The notes beneath the pieces are model-generated. The model saw only the letters and a program-made list of their open reading frames with translations. It searched no databases and had not been told where the DNA came from. 64,000 nt of DNA from Azolla caroliniana (lineage: Eukaryota > Plantae > Polypodiophyta), in contig JBHGNT010000001.1 of the NCBI GenBank assembly GCA_043228905.1, positions 9,300,001 to 9,364,000 on the forward strand, written 5' to 3'. The translations under genes and the position numbers were made by a program. How positions within the stretch are numbered: position 1 is the first letter of the stretch; every line of letters starts with the position of its first letter. Positions 1-11,420 of this stretch are shown here, one piece after another.

Positions 1-1003
1 AAGGAACCTTGGAATCATTTCATGGCTAAATACTTTTCATGACATCATTTATGAACAAATATTTATCTTTGGTCATATTCATTAAAATGATCTATAGAAT
101 CCTTAGAAAGCCTTAGAAATGGTTTGGATTTTCAAAAGAAAAGGCTTGTTAAGATGCATATTATGTCTATTTTTTTTTTAATTCGTTGAAATTATGTCAA
201 AAAGCTTTGGAAACTTTAGGTATGGTCTAGATGTGTTGATGATTTGAATGAAAAAACTTCCGAAGATGTATACTACATGAAATTATTGTATATTCGTCGT
301 TTTTTTCTTTGAATTCGTTTAATTAAAATCTTGTGAAGTCTTAGAAGGCTGAAAAATGGTTTAGGAATGCTGGAGAACATGGATAAAGAATCTTTTGAAG
401 ATGTTGATTATATACACCATATACATTTTTTACAATCTCCAGAAGCCTTGAAAGCCTTAGAAATTGTTGAGGATTTGAATAAAATATTCTAAAAATGTAG
501 ACTACGTGTTAGGACTGGCTTGCTATATTCAAATCTTTGTTATGGAAATTCTGAATGTAATCTCTATGTTTCATTGCTTTGTGGGCTGGCCCAAAGCTTT
601 GTGCGCGTAGGAAATGATATCTTCTTCTCATTAATAAAAAATACTAATGTGGCAAACTTAAGGGTCCTGTCATGCCATGTTTGACAGATTTATTCCGCTA
701 TAGCTATGTGTTCATATCTACCTTTGTCAATCTCGAACTGAGATTTGAATAGTTCTTGAGATGCCCCATCATCATGATCCCATTTGGTTAGATTACATCA
801 CAGAGCAGAAGGGGAAATGGTTATAGGAAGCAATGAGAGGATTTTACAATTGTTTCATGTATGCTTACTTCTTACCTGTCAGCTATGATTAGTTTAATTG
901 ACAGATATTAGAAGCTAATAATATATATTCTGGTAGCACTTTTTCCAGATGATCTAACTGATGCAAGCGATTTCTTATGGTCTTTGTATTTGCTACGAAG
1001 CAG

Positions 1004-1289
1004 AATCTGGAGAAGAAATCTCCAATGGAATACATCAATGAGGTTCCACCAATTGTTTGTGAAGAACGCATTGTTGCATGCATTGGAAGTATGTATTCAC
1101 TCTTTGTGACCTTCGCCATTTCTTTTGCAAAAATAAATAATAAAGTTCTCTGGATTGCGTTTACTTTTTGCAGGTGACAACCCGGCATTAGGTCACCCTG
1201 TGGAGTATATCTGTATAAAATCCGATGAACCTAGTGTCTGCAAATACTGTGGGCTCCGGTATATTCTATCTGCTAATGGTGGTCATTAA
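1004..1289 (+). CDS. NDUFS6: NADH:ubiquinone oxidoreductase iron-sulfur protein 6 (13 kDa-A, zinc finger); last two exons 1004-1088 and 1174-1289, 5' exons not found in window
   Basis: Spliced translation NLEKKSPMEYINEVPPIVCEERIVACIG-S-DNPALGHPVEYICIKSDEPSVCKYCGLRYILSANGGH* matches the plant NDUFS6 motifs (GHP..ICL, CKYCGLRY). GT-AG intron at 1089-1173. Confidence 0.9.
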
Positions 1290-2455
1290 CTGACTCAAGG
1301 TTCAAGGATGGTTATCATAACAAAATAAATGGATAATTTATGAGAGAAGCATATACAGCTCATTTGGAAGTTTCTTCAACTGATATAGAAGGATTTCTTT
1401 TAGAAGATCCAGTTTTAATGTATTGAAGTCCTTTATATACATTTGTGATGGTTAATTTGTTCAGATGTACTCTTTTGCCTTGTAATAAGAACATTTATTC
1501 TCGATCTCATCATATGATGGAACTATACTTCCTATGAAGCAAGTATTGCATCATGGCAATCACCAACTAGTGCATAATTGAGAGCTTCTTGTAGTTAACT
1601 CGGCAACACCAACAAAGTTGGCGTGTCTCTTACTCGACTCTGAACAGTGTTTTGTATTTTTGGATGTCTAATTGATTGACTTTTTGGGGTATCCACGCAC
1701 CTTGTTCATTACTGCTGAACAAAAGATGAAGGCTAATTACTGTCACTAAAGTGCTGCTAGCATCCATTCCATATCCTAGATCAAGAAGAAGAAGCTGGCA
1801 TCAACTATATTTTCAGCGACCTTTGATTAGCTTGTCTCCCAGCAAAATCTTACAAGGTTTCATCAATGGATTGTTGTTATCCTTCTTTTTTATGTCTCAT
1901 TGTTCCGATTGTCCCTCAAATATGGCACCTCTTAATTTTTGGGCTCTCCTTTCACTCGGGTATTGCAACATCAGGCTGGATATTTTGAAAAAGCCATGTC
2001 TTTAACCTTCTTTTACTTGACAAATGTATCATGATACTATCACTTGGCAAGTTTCTCGGAGACATCAATGCATGCTAGGTAGTTAATTCAATTCAAAGTC
2101 CATCTGATCCGATCCGTTTCTCGTATTTTTTGTCGGTTTGCTTTGAACCAACTTAAGCCTTGTGTTGAACCTTCATTCCTATATCAAGTAGTTGGCATGT
2201 TATGTATAATAATGGATTGTCCATTACACGGTGTCAACATTGTATCTATTTATTGCACATAAGGATTTACCAACCACAAGAAGCACCCATAAAGTAATAA
2301 AATTGTTGTTCTTGTCTATTTAAGGGTTATCATCCATAAATATATGAGAGTATTCATGACTTGTCGCATATATTTCATGATCAAACTTGAAAACACCATG
2401 CTAGGCTTTGTGTAGATGATGATCTTTGTATTGGACCTTGACTAATTCATCTATT

Positions 2456-2898
2456 TTGCAAAGGCAATGCATCGTCTTGCAAGTTGGTGCATCATAAATC
2501 TTCCTACTCACTCAGCTTTGACAAACTTGGTCTCGGAGTTGGAACATATTTTCTTTTACCCTGGTACCACCCTCCATAAGCAAATGTCTTCAATCTTTTG
2601 TTCATGTGATTCTCAACATCTAATCCTCAAACCCATGTAATTGTACGTCTTGCAAAGGTAATGAATCACCTTGGAAGTTGATACATTATAAATCTTCCTA
2701 CTCGCTCAACCGTGAAAAACTTATATTTTGCAAAGCTAATGAATCATCTTGCAAGCTGATACATCACAAATCTTCCTACTGACTCAACCATGGCAAACTT
2801 GGTATTGTAGTCGGAACATGTTTTCTTTTGTTTTTAGCTTGGTACCACTCTCCATAGGCAAACACCTTCAATCTTCTATTCATGTGATTCTCAACGTT
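2456..2898 (+). repeat. Three diverged direct copies (about 2456-2620, 2650-2722, 2728-2898) upstream of the PPR gene
   Basis: Shared core TTGCAAAG.TAATG..ATC..CTTG.AAG.TG.T.CAT.A.AAATCTTCCTACT..CTCA; the first and third copies also share ...CATGTGATTCTCAAC. Confidence 0.75.
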
Positions 2899-3239
2899 GA
2901 AGCGTCCAACGCATCATCTTCAATCTTCTTATGGGATGATTCTTAACTATTGCTTACTTTGAGTGACTATGTTTCAGCTCAGCATGATTAATTGACCATT
3001 AATGAGAGGTAGAATTGATATGTTTACAGTTTAATATAAAAGGGTGTTCACATCAAAAGGGTAGTTTTGCTATTATCTTTAATTGTAGGGGTATTCTTGG
3101 TATTTCGTTTTATATTAACTCTGCCCTTCATCTTCTTCTTTCTGTCCCCTCTGTCACTGTGAGGAGCTGATTCCTCACAGCAAGACCTCTTCTTTCTGAT
3201 TCAAATGCTCATTCTTCTTCTTCTTCTTCTTCTTCATCC

Positions 3240-6200
3240 ATGGAATCTCCTCTCTCTCTCATAGGAGTACCTTTCTCTATTTCTCTTGCTACCCTTCATA
3301 GCGATACACTAACATCTTCTCTTTCTTCTTCTTCTTCTTCTTCTTCTTCTTCTTCTCACCAGAGTTATTCACATCTGCTCTCTTCCGCTGCACCTCAAAC
3401 GCATAAACCTCAAACAAAAACAATAGAATATTCCTCTTCTTTAAGGAATATTCCCCCAAGCAACGTGAATAAAGAAAACAGGGTATACCAGTTTCAAACA
3501 TGCAATCTCTTAGATGACACAACAAACCTTAGATCATCGTCCTCATCATTACCATCCTCCTCCTCTTCCTCATCGTCATCAACAGCAGCAGAAGAAGATG
3601 TCTACAAATTCATAACAAATAGCTATGCATTTATTTCTTCTTTAAAGAAATGCAATAATTCATCGAACATAGAGATGGGTAGAAGAATCCATGCTCAAAT
3701 AGTTGAGAATGGATTGGAAAATACGAGAGATTCTTCATATATTGGAAACACGTTGATCAGTATGTATTCTAGATGCGGGAGCATTGACAATGCAAATCTT
3801 GTGTTTGAAAAGCTTCTAATTCGCGATGTGATGTCATGGAGTAATATCATTTCCGCTAATGTTTTTCATGGAAAAGAACATGTGGGTCTTTCTTTATTCC
3901 ATAACATTATGAGAAGAGAAGAAAATCAAAAGAAATTGATAGAACCCAACAATGTCTTATACATTTTGGCGTTAAAAGCTTGTATATCTCTAGGTGATTT
4001 GCATGAAGGTGAGCTAATACATGTTTATGTAATGGAAAATGGTATGGAATCAGATCTCTCTGTGGGAAATAGCCTGATTAATATGTACTCGAAACAGAGT
4101 AAATTGGATAGAGCAATTTTGATTCTCTCTAGAATGCCGACACGAGATGTGATTACATGGAATTCCGTCATTCTCGGTTATATACATGTGGGCCATTGTC
4201 ACAAAGCGATTCAAGCTTTTCATATTATGCAAGAAAATGATGGATTGCAGCCTGATTCTGTATCTTATTTAAGCATTTTGAAAGCATTTTCCAGCACAAG
4301 AGACTTAGAACAAGGGATGTATTACCATTGTCATATAATCAACAATGGGTTTGATTCCAATTTATTGGTTGATAGTACTCTCATTGATATGTATATGAAA
4401 TGTGGGAACCTAAGAGATGCACACTTTTTGTTCAATAAAGTGTCGAAACGAGACCGTGTCTTGTGGGGTGCCTTGATTGCTGGCTATACTGAACATGAAG
4501 ATACTGATACTGCTTTTCAGCTTTTTCAACAAATGCAAGAGGAAGGTGTAGATCCAAGCCCATATACGTTTATATGCCTTTTGAAAGGTTGTAAGAATAT
4601 AGAGGATTTGGATGAGGGTAGGATACTGCATGCCTATATATTGGAACTCGGGTTTGAGGCGGATATCCATGTTTCAAATTCAGTGATTAGTATGTACATC
4701 AAATGTGAGTGTCTTCAAGATTCTCACAATGTTTTTGATAGAATGTTGAGGCGTGATGTCGTCACGTGGACTGAACTTATTGGGGGCTATGCACAATTTG
4801 GGTATTCTAAACCGTCCCTTGAATTATACATGAAAATGAGACAAGAGAATATAGAACCAAATCATATTACTTTTTCTTTCATGTTGAAGACCGTTGGCAA
4901 GTCTGGGTCTATAGAAGAAGGATTACTCATCCACTCACACATAATTGAAAGTGGATGTGAATCAGTTCCATCAGTAAGTAACTCTCTTATCAGCATGTAT
5001 GCAAGATGTGTAGGTGTGGTAGATGCTTGTAGGATGTTTCAAAGGATCACAGATCCAGATGTGGTTTCATGGACAATCATGATTGATTCTTATAACGAAC
5101 GTGCACTTTATAAAGAGGCCCTTATGTGGTTTGAGGATATGAGACAGAATGGTGTAAATGCGGATAAGGCTGTGTTTATCTCTATTTTGCAAACATGTTC
5201 AGGGGGTTTATTGTCCTTACAACATGTGAAAGAGATTCACAATCTTATTATCGCTAGTGGATTAGAGTTAGATGGTATTGTGGGTAATGTGTTGATCAAT
5301 ATGTATGCGAAACGAGGGGAGTTTGATGATGCACAATCGGTTCTCAATCGATTACCGAAGAGAGAGATATCAGCATTTAATGCATTTATAAGAGGATACA
5401 CACAGCATGGCTACTATCAAGAAGCACTTATGTTCTTCGAGAAGTTGCAACAAGAAGAGAGTGTAGAACCAAACCATACCACCTTTGTCTGCATTCTCAA
5501 GGCGTGTGCCAACATGGTTGCATTGAGTAAAGGAAACCAAATTTATGCCAAGATTTTAGAGAAGGGTTTTGAACTCGATTCATTTTCCGGAAGCGCCCTC
5601 ATTGATTTATATATGTCTTGTGGTCAAATGGAACGTGCATGTATAGTCTTTAATAGTTTACCAAATCATCACCATGTTGCACCATGGAATTCTTTACTTG
5701 CTGGATATGCTCGGCATAATGAATATCTCCTTGGCATTCAATGTTTTGAAGCATTCAAGACTATGGGATTGAAGCCAAATGATGTGACATATCTTTGTCT
5801 TCTTTCAGTTTGTAGTCATGCAGGTTTGGTTGAACAAGGTTGTCTTGTCTTCAAATCCATGAGAGAGGAAATATGTTATAGTAAAAAAGATTTTTTGCTT
5901 GAATACCATAATTCTATGGTTGGTCTTCTAGGACACCATCCTGAGTATTTAAAGGAAGCTGAAGATTTGCTTGAAACTCTTCCATTTCCTGCTAATGTTG
6001 TAGGATGGACATCATTGCTCACCGCATGTAGAAAGCACAATAATGTAAATATTGGGAAGAGGTGCTTCAAATGGGTCATTGCATCGGAGAAAAGTGGGAC
6101 TGTAGGATATGCCTTAATGTCTAGTGTTTATGCTAACAATGGTCTGTGGAATGATTCGGAGAGACTTACAAAAGTCCGAAGGGATACCAATACATGGAAG

Positions 6201-6575
6201 AAGCCAGCAATAGCTTATATCGAAGTCGATAATAAGGTGCACGAATTTTGTGTTGGAGATGAAAATCATTCTCGTATTGATGAGATTACTGCAAAGCTTA
6301 GGTGGTTAGATTCACAACAGTTAATGAAGGAGAGTAGAAGCAACATGAATAATGTATGCCAACATCACTCTGAGAAGCTGGCTATCGCATTTGGGCTTAT
6401 TAGTATGGCTCAGGGAACGACTATTCGGGTTGCAAAAAACCTGCGAGTCTGTGATGACTGTCATAACACTGCAAGGTCAATATCGAAGATAGAGATGCGA
6501 GAGATTATCATACAAGACTCCTATCATGTCCACCGGTTCAAAGATGGCTCATGCTCTTGTAACGGATCCAAGTGA
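3240..6575 (+). CDS. PLS-class pentatricopeptide repeat protein with E1/E2 and DYW:KP-type deaminase domain (organellar RNA editing factor)
   Basis: Intronless 1111-aa ORF. Ser-rich N-terminal transit-peptide-like region, about 23 P/L/S motifs, E1 ([11 protein letters not shown]), E2, [17 protein letters not shown] box, HSEKLA...CDDCH zinc motif, and [10 protein letters not shown] followed by NGSK*. Confidence 0.95.
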   Translation: MESPLSLIGVPFSISLATLHSDTLTSSLSSSSSSSSSSSHQSYSHLLSSAAPQTHKPQTKTIEYSSSLRNIPPSNVNKENRVYQFQTCNLLDDTTNLRSSSSSLPSSSSSSSSSTAAEEDVYKFITNSYAFISSLKKCNNSSNIEMGRRIHAQIVENGLENTRDSSYIGNTLISMYSRCGSIDNANLVFEKLLIRDVMSWSNIISANVFHGKEHVGLSLFHNIMRREENQKKLIEPNNVLYILALKACISLGDLHEGELIHVYVMENGMESDLSVGNSLINMYSKQSKLDRAILILSRMPTRDVITWNSVILGYIHVGHCHKAIQAFHIMQENDGLQPDSVSYLSILKAFSSTRDLEQGMYYHCHIINNGFDSNLLVDSTLIDMYMKCGNLRDAHFLFNKVSKRDRVLWGALIAGYTEHEDTDTAFQLFQQMQEEGVDPSPYTFICLLKGCKNIEDLDEGRILHAYILELGFEADIHVSNSVISMYIKCECLQDSHNVFDRMLRRDVVTWTELIGGYAQFGYSKPSLELYMKMRQENIEPNHITFSFMLKTVGKSGSIEEGLLIHSHIIESGCESVPSVSNSLISMYARCVGVVDACRMFQRITDPDVVSWTIMIDSYNERALYKEALMWFEDMRQNGVNADKAVFISILQTCSGGLLSLQHVKEIHNLIIASGLELDGIVGNVLINMYAKRGEFDDAQSVLNRLPKREISAFNAFIRGYTQHGYYQEALMFFEKLQQEESVEPNHTTFVCILKACANMVALSKGNQIYAKILEKGFELDSFSGSALIDLYMSCGQMERACIVFNSLPNHHHVAPWNSLLAGYARHNEYLLGIQCFEAFKTMGLKPNDVTYLCLLSVCSHAGLVEQGCLVFKSMREEICYSKKDFLLEYHNSMVGLLGHHPEYLKEAEDLLETLPFPANVVGWTSLLTACRKHNNVNIGKRCFKWVIASEKSGTVGYALMSSVYANNGLWNDSERLTKVRRDTNTWKKPAIAYIEVDNKVHEFCVGDENHSRIDEITAKLRWLDSQQLMKESRSNMNNVCQHHSEKLAIAFGLISMAQGTTIRVAKNLRVCDDCHNTARSISKIEMREIIIQDSYHVHRFKDGSCSCNGSK

Positions 6576-6609
6576 ATGGGATATGATTTACGTACCACAT
6601 TGAATGGGA

Positions 6610-6875
6610 TAGATATGTGTACCATATCGAAGGGAACCAACTACTAGATGGTTTGAACAATCTTCCACCCTAGTAATGGTTCAATACTGAAATATTGCTG
6701 AACTCCATCCACAGTTGTCACCTCTAAACATGCATCTGCTGCTCTTGTCACAAATCCTCCAAAATGGTCAAATGGTATCTGATATGTGCCGCATTAGAGG
6801 GAACCAACTACTACATCGTTCAAGTAGTCGTGCTGTCCAATAATGAATTGAACTCCATCCACGGTTGTCACCTTG
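6610..6875 (+). repeat. Diverged direct duplication in the PPR 3' region (about 6610-6725 and 6780-6875)
   Basis: GATATGTG...AGGGAACCAACTACTA...TGAACTCCATCCAC.GTTGTCACC occurs twice. Confidence 0.65.
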
Positions 6876-7851
6876 AAATCTATACTAGTTGTTGAAGGAC
6901 CTTCAAGGGACTATTCAAGCACAATCATGATGCATGTTATAATTATATTGATGCACTTTTGAACATATCATTCATGAGGGCATGTATAGTGATATGTCAT
7001 TCTAGGTTTTAGGATACATTTGGCACAAGTCTCAACTGATAGATCTTGGGTATACATACATTACAAGATGTTTGGAAAACAAAGGCACAAAAGTACCTTC
7101 AGGATTTCAAATTTTTCTATAATATCGCTATGTAGTACAAATGGGTACTACACAATTATAGAAAACTTGAAAGTGTCACACATATATATTGCCCACCAAA
7201 TTAGGGGATGTTTTTAGAGTATAATCAATCCGACATGCTTTTAGACTTTCCCATATATAGATGGAAAACTTTGTGTTGAGATTATTATAACAAGCTGAAA
7301 AGCCTATCTACCTCTATATGGTATATGATTGGTTTGAAGTGTGCCTTGAAATTCAGGCAATCGCTGATGATATTATTAGTAAATATGTTCTTCCTCACAT
7401 AAAAACATTCTATTGAATTGAGGAAATTACATTGACTTTGTCTTCAGTTCACATACCCACTAGTTTGGTCATGACTTCGTACTATCGTTTGATTGTTACA
7501 TAAGCTTTTGCTTCATTTGAATATACAGTTGTGTAAGTCAAATTTGGAATTGTGATGGTTCAAATGATGATTTTGCATGTCTCCTATGCATATCTCACAC
7601 GAGGATTCAAAAAACCCCATGTGTTTCACTTGGTTTTTTGGCATAATTATGCTTACCCTAATTATACCTTTTCATGCAACTAGGCATTCTTCACCTTGGA
7701 ATCATATTGGTTATTCGGCAATTAAAATAGTAATTGTACCTAAATCTATTATTCTAATAGCGCCGCCATCACTATAGTTATCAGAATCAAGGTGTAGGTG
7801 TAGGTCAGTATATAGTTATAAATTTAAAAAACATCACTTCTATTGTGTCGG

Positions 7852-7925
7852 TCCGTTGTCGTCTAGTCCGGTTAGGATACCTGGCTTTCACCCAGGCGAC
7901 CCGGGTTCAAATCCCGGCAACGGAA
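7852..7925 (+). tRNA. tRNA-Glu (anticodon TTC)
   Basis: Cloverleaf: acceptor TCCGTTG/CAACGGA, anticodon arm CCTGG-CTTTCAC-CCAGG, T arm CCGGG-TTCAAAT-CCCGG; followed by a TTCTTTT Pol III terminator-like tract. Confidence 0.95.
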
Positions 7926-8725
7926 TTCTTTATGAGTTATGTTTTATGTGTCATTAAAATTGTATTTATATAATAAACGTTTTTATGTATTTAGAACTCC
8001 TCCACAAATTACAAAAACAAGAGGTGTTTCCGTATCCACCGATATACCATATCAGCAATAGGGGTGTGAGGATCAAAGTTTCGGTGAATGATGGGGGCAA
8101 ACTCGTAAAATTTTTAACTTACCAATTGATTTAAATGGTTATGCAACTCACAATTATGTATGACATTCACAAATAAAAACATGTCCTCAATGCTCATGCG
8201 TCAAGATCATGCATTCATTAGTAAGTATGTCAAGTTCATGTCATTCTGAATTGGGCCAAGATGATTTTGGTTGAACATGCTTGTATGAACTAGATCTTCA
8301 TTTACTTGTAAATTGTAATAATCAAAACATAGAACTCCCATGCTTATTTGTGTTGACATGTGATAGGGGATATAAACAAACAATCATGTATAATATTTGC
8401 CAAACTTGAATTCTCAGATCATCTTCTTGAAATCGAAAATATTTATTTGTGGAACGGAATTCTGTACAATAACAAGTGCTTGCAAACCATTTTTTTCTAA
8501 TGTAGTGTCCACATAAATTGTGAGACAATTACGCACTTTAGTTTTCCAAGGAATTACATCCACATTTTGCCTCTCATTACTCAACAAACCCTTTTATTGT
8601 ATAAGAGCAAATAAGCAAATCTCTTAATCTTATTTTCTTCTACGCCCACCTAACTATTGAGCTTAAATATGGGGGGAGTAAACTATTGAGCTTAAATATG
8701 GGGGAGTATAAAATAGCAAGCTCTA

Positions 8726-9073
8726 TCATGACATAATGACATGAAATACTTAGTTAGTGAGAATTGAACCTACAACCTCACATCAACAAGATGACATACT
8801 CAACCATTTTAATATGAGCATACATTTAATAGTTTAATATTCTATACTATATTATATATTACATTTTAGAATCAAAATATTCTAGTCGTTAGTATATTCT
8901 AGAAATATTGTACGGTATATTCTAGACAAATATATTTTAGACATATTCCTCGAGTATATTCTAAAGATATTCAACCTTAGAATGTATCAAAATGGTTGAG
9001 CATGTCATCTTATTGTTGTGAGGGTGTAGGTTCAATCCTCACCAACTATGTATTTCATGTCACTATGTCATGA
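8726..9073. mobile_element. MITE with about 85-bp terminal inverted repeats and a near-perfect 9-bp TSD (Mutator-like)
   Basis: 8726-8810 is the reverse complement of 8989-9073 with a few mismatches. Flanks are CAAGCTCTA (8717-8725) and CAAGCTCAA (9074-9082). The AT-rich spacer has repeated TATTCTAG motifs. Confidence 0.8.
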
Positions 9074-9084
9074 CAAGCTCAACC

Positions 9085-9325
9085 CATAGTTGTTAAAAAA
9101 TCGTGTATTCTACTGTTAGAACGTTTTAGACTGAAGTGTTCTACACGTATTATGCAATATTGATGAGTGTGTCGTGCATAATCCATGGTCAATTGAACGT
9201 TCAATACATTCCTATCTCCAATGAAAGTGTATTGGGTTGGGTGTATCAACTTTGACAAATTCTTTTATAATCTATTTGCCAAAGCCTTTGTAAATATTTT
9301 AACAACCCTCTTGTTAAAAAAATCG
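9085..9325. mobile_element. Remnant of the MITE family seen at 51181-51566
   Basis: CATAGTTGTTAAAAAATCGTGTATTCTAC is close to the reverse complement of the 51540-51566 terminus; TTTTAACAAC near 9300. Confidence 0.45.
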
Positions 9326-9669
9326 AGTGTCATTACTGAAATGGTTGGTGTGATAACCATCCAATCTAATTTAATAAGACCAACCTTGCACGCTTGAGGC
9401 CTACAACCAAAACCCTAACAAGATTGAAACGTTAAAGTAAGCGCCTTTTTAAAATGTTGGAATATCACTTAAAAATTTTATTTATCGAGCCATCTCAACT
9501 AGGACTCTTACCACTGGGAAGATGCCTTCAAATTGTATCCATTTCATGCTCTATGAAATCTACATCCAACTCATGACTAAGGAGGTCATGCACAATACGT
9601 CCATCCACATCATAAATTCATGAACACATATTACAATTATTGTAGCTGAATCCACAATGAACTCATCCC

Positions 9670-10141
9670 CTTACTTCACATATGCCACATTATATCAAGT
9701 ATAGGTAGGATGTAATGCTTATAATAACAAAATGAGATTAACAATGATTTTCTATAAGTCCATCCTTGAGTTGTTGCATCTTAGCTAACGATAATTTTAA
9801 TATTGCAATTGAGAAAGTATGACTTGCAATTAACTCTTGATATCCAAAAACTCCTCACCTAATGTCGTATGCATTATATCTATATAGAACTTTTGAGAAT
9901 TGTCCTCTTACTTCACATATGCCACATTATATCAAGTATAGGTAGGATGTAATGCTTATAATAACAAAATGAGATTAACAATGATTTTCTATAAGTCCAT
10001 CCTTGAGTTGTTGCATCTTAGCTAACGATAATTTTAATATTGCAATTGAGAAAGTATGACTTGCAATTAACTCTTGATATCCAAAAACTCCTCACCTAAT
10101 GCCGTATGCATTATATCTATATAGAACTTTTGAGAATTGTC
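9670..10141 (+). repeat. Near-perfect tandem duplication, period 237 bp
   Basis: CTTACTTCACATATGCC...TTTGAGAATTGTC at 9670-9904 and 9907-10141, with about one mismatch seen. Confidence 0.95.
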
Positions 10142-11294
10142 TAAAAAAATATCATTTCATCATTGGACATTAGTTAGCCAATATATATAATGAAACTTCT
10201 TAATGTTTCGTAAAGTTGTATCCCATGCCTTTTCTCCCTTGTTATCCACTTATGAAAAGTCCACGTAGAGTTTCTCCTCGAGAAATTCAAAATGTAATTG
10301 GAGCAAAAGAGAAGAGTTAAAGCGTAATGGAGGCTTTCCAAGTAAGGATTTTTTATATATATATTGAATGATTTCACCTCGAAACAAATAGGAAGCCACA
10401 TCTCATAGAGATATCATACAAAGTGATACTAGTAAAAATGAAATATCATCATGCATTATATACATTCTCTCTACCCGATTTCATATTTGTCTATGTTGTG
10501 TAGCTTGGATCTGTCTTCTTTCTTATTGTAATTAGCTTAGCTAGTGGTAAGTTATTACACTACTAATGTTATGTCTTGGGTTCAAAACCTAATTTCCTCA
10601 CCTTGATATAACTCCATAAATATTTCTTACTTCACTAGATGCCACCATGGAATGTAGGGGTTGAACACATGACCTCTTGGACTCCTTTGGGCAACCGTAC
10701 CAATAGAATTTTCTCTCTCTCTCTCTCTCTCTCTCAACCCAAACCATACCTTTGAGACTGAACGACCTAAGGGGCTAACTGCCTACCTACAGAGACTGCA
10801 CTTCCCAACTTTCTTTGGGAAAGGGACTGCCAAGAATCTGGTAAAAGAGTTCGAATGGTTCGGGGAACAATAGAAAGACACTTTGGTTGCCATTGGACAA
10901 CCTAAAGACTTAAACAAGGTTTATTTATATAGATATGGCAAAGTGAAGATACTCTGTAGTTTGATACGAAGCAATCGTACACCGCCGCATAGAGTGGTAG
11001 AGAAAGGCTCGTAGAATAGGAAACGCAAAGCGTTTTCTCGAAAAAACAATAGCAAGTGAAAATCACCTTCAAGTTAAGGTACGCTAAGAAAAAAAGACAA
11101 GTTTAACAAGTAGCAGAATTGGAAAGTTGAGAAAAACGGACACCTGCTACGGTAATGAACGACAAGGACTTTCGAGGACTAAAACATGCTTTTGTAGTAC
11201 AAGAACTTGCAGGATAAAAAAGGAAAGATAGGTTTAGATCCAAAGATTCAACCAATTTAAGGCTACAATTACGAATTTAATAACGCGACATATT

Positions 11295-11312
11295 TGGTGA
11301 ACCCGACGTGAA
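11295..11312 (+). other. Primer-binding site complementary to the 3' end of cytosolic tRNA-Trp
   Basis: TGGTGAACCCGACGTGAA is the reverse complement of ...TTCACGTCGGGTTCACCA (plant tRNA-Trp 3' end, from memory); it lies 4 nt after the ...CGACA LTR end. Confidence 0.85.
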
Positions 11313-11420
11313 GGGCGGCAAGGGAGGATGGAGTTGGAGGAAAACGACTTCGCACAACTTTTCGTCGAAGCGGTGAGGGAGTTTGGATGAGCAACAGCAA
11401 GACGACAGACGGCGCAACAA

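Noticed and set aside
977-1177. 66-aa ORF as a standalone gene
   Set aside because: It is an NDUFS6 exon read through into flanking intron sequence.
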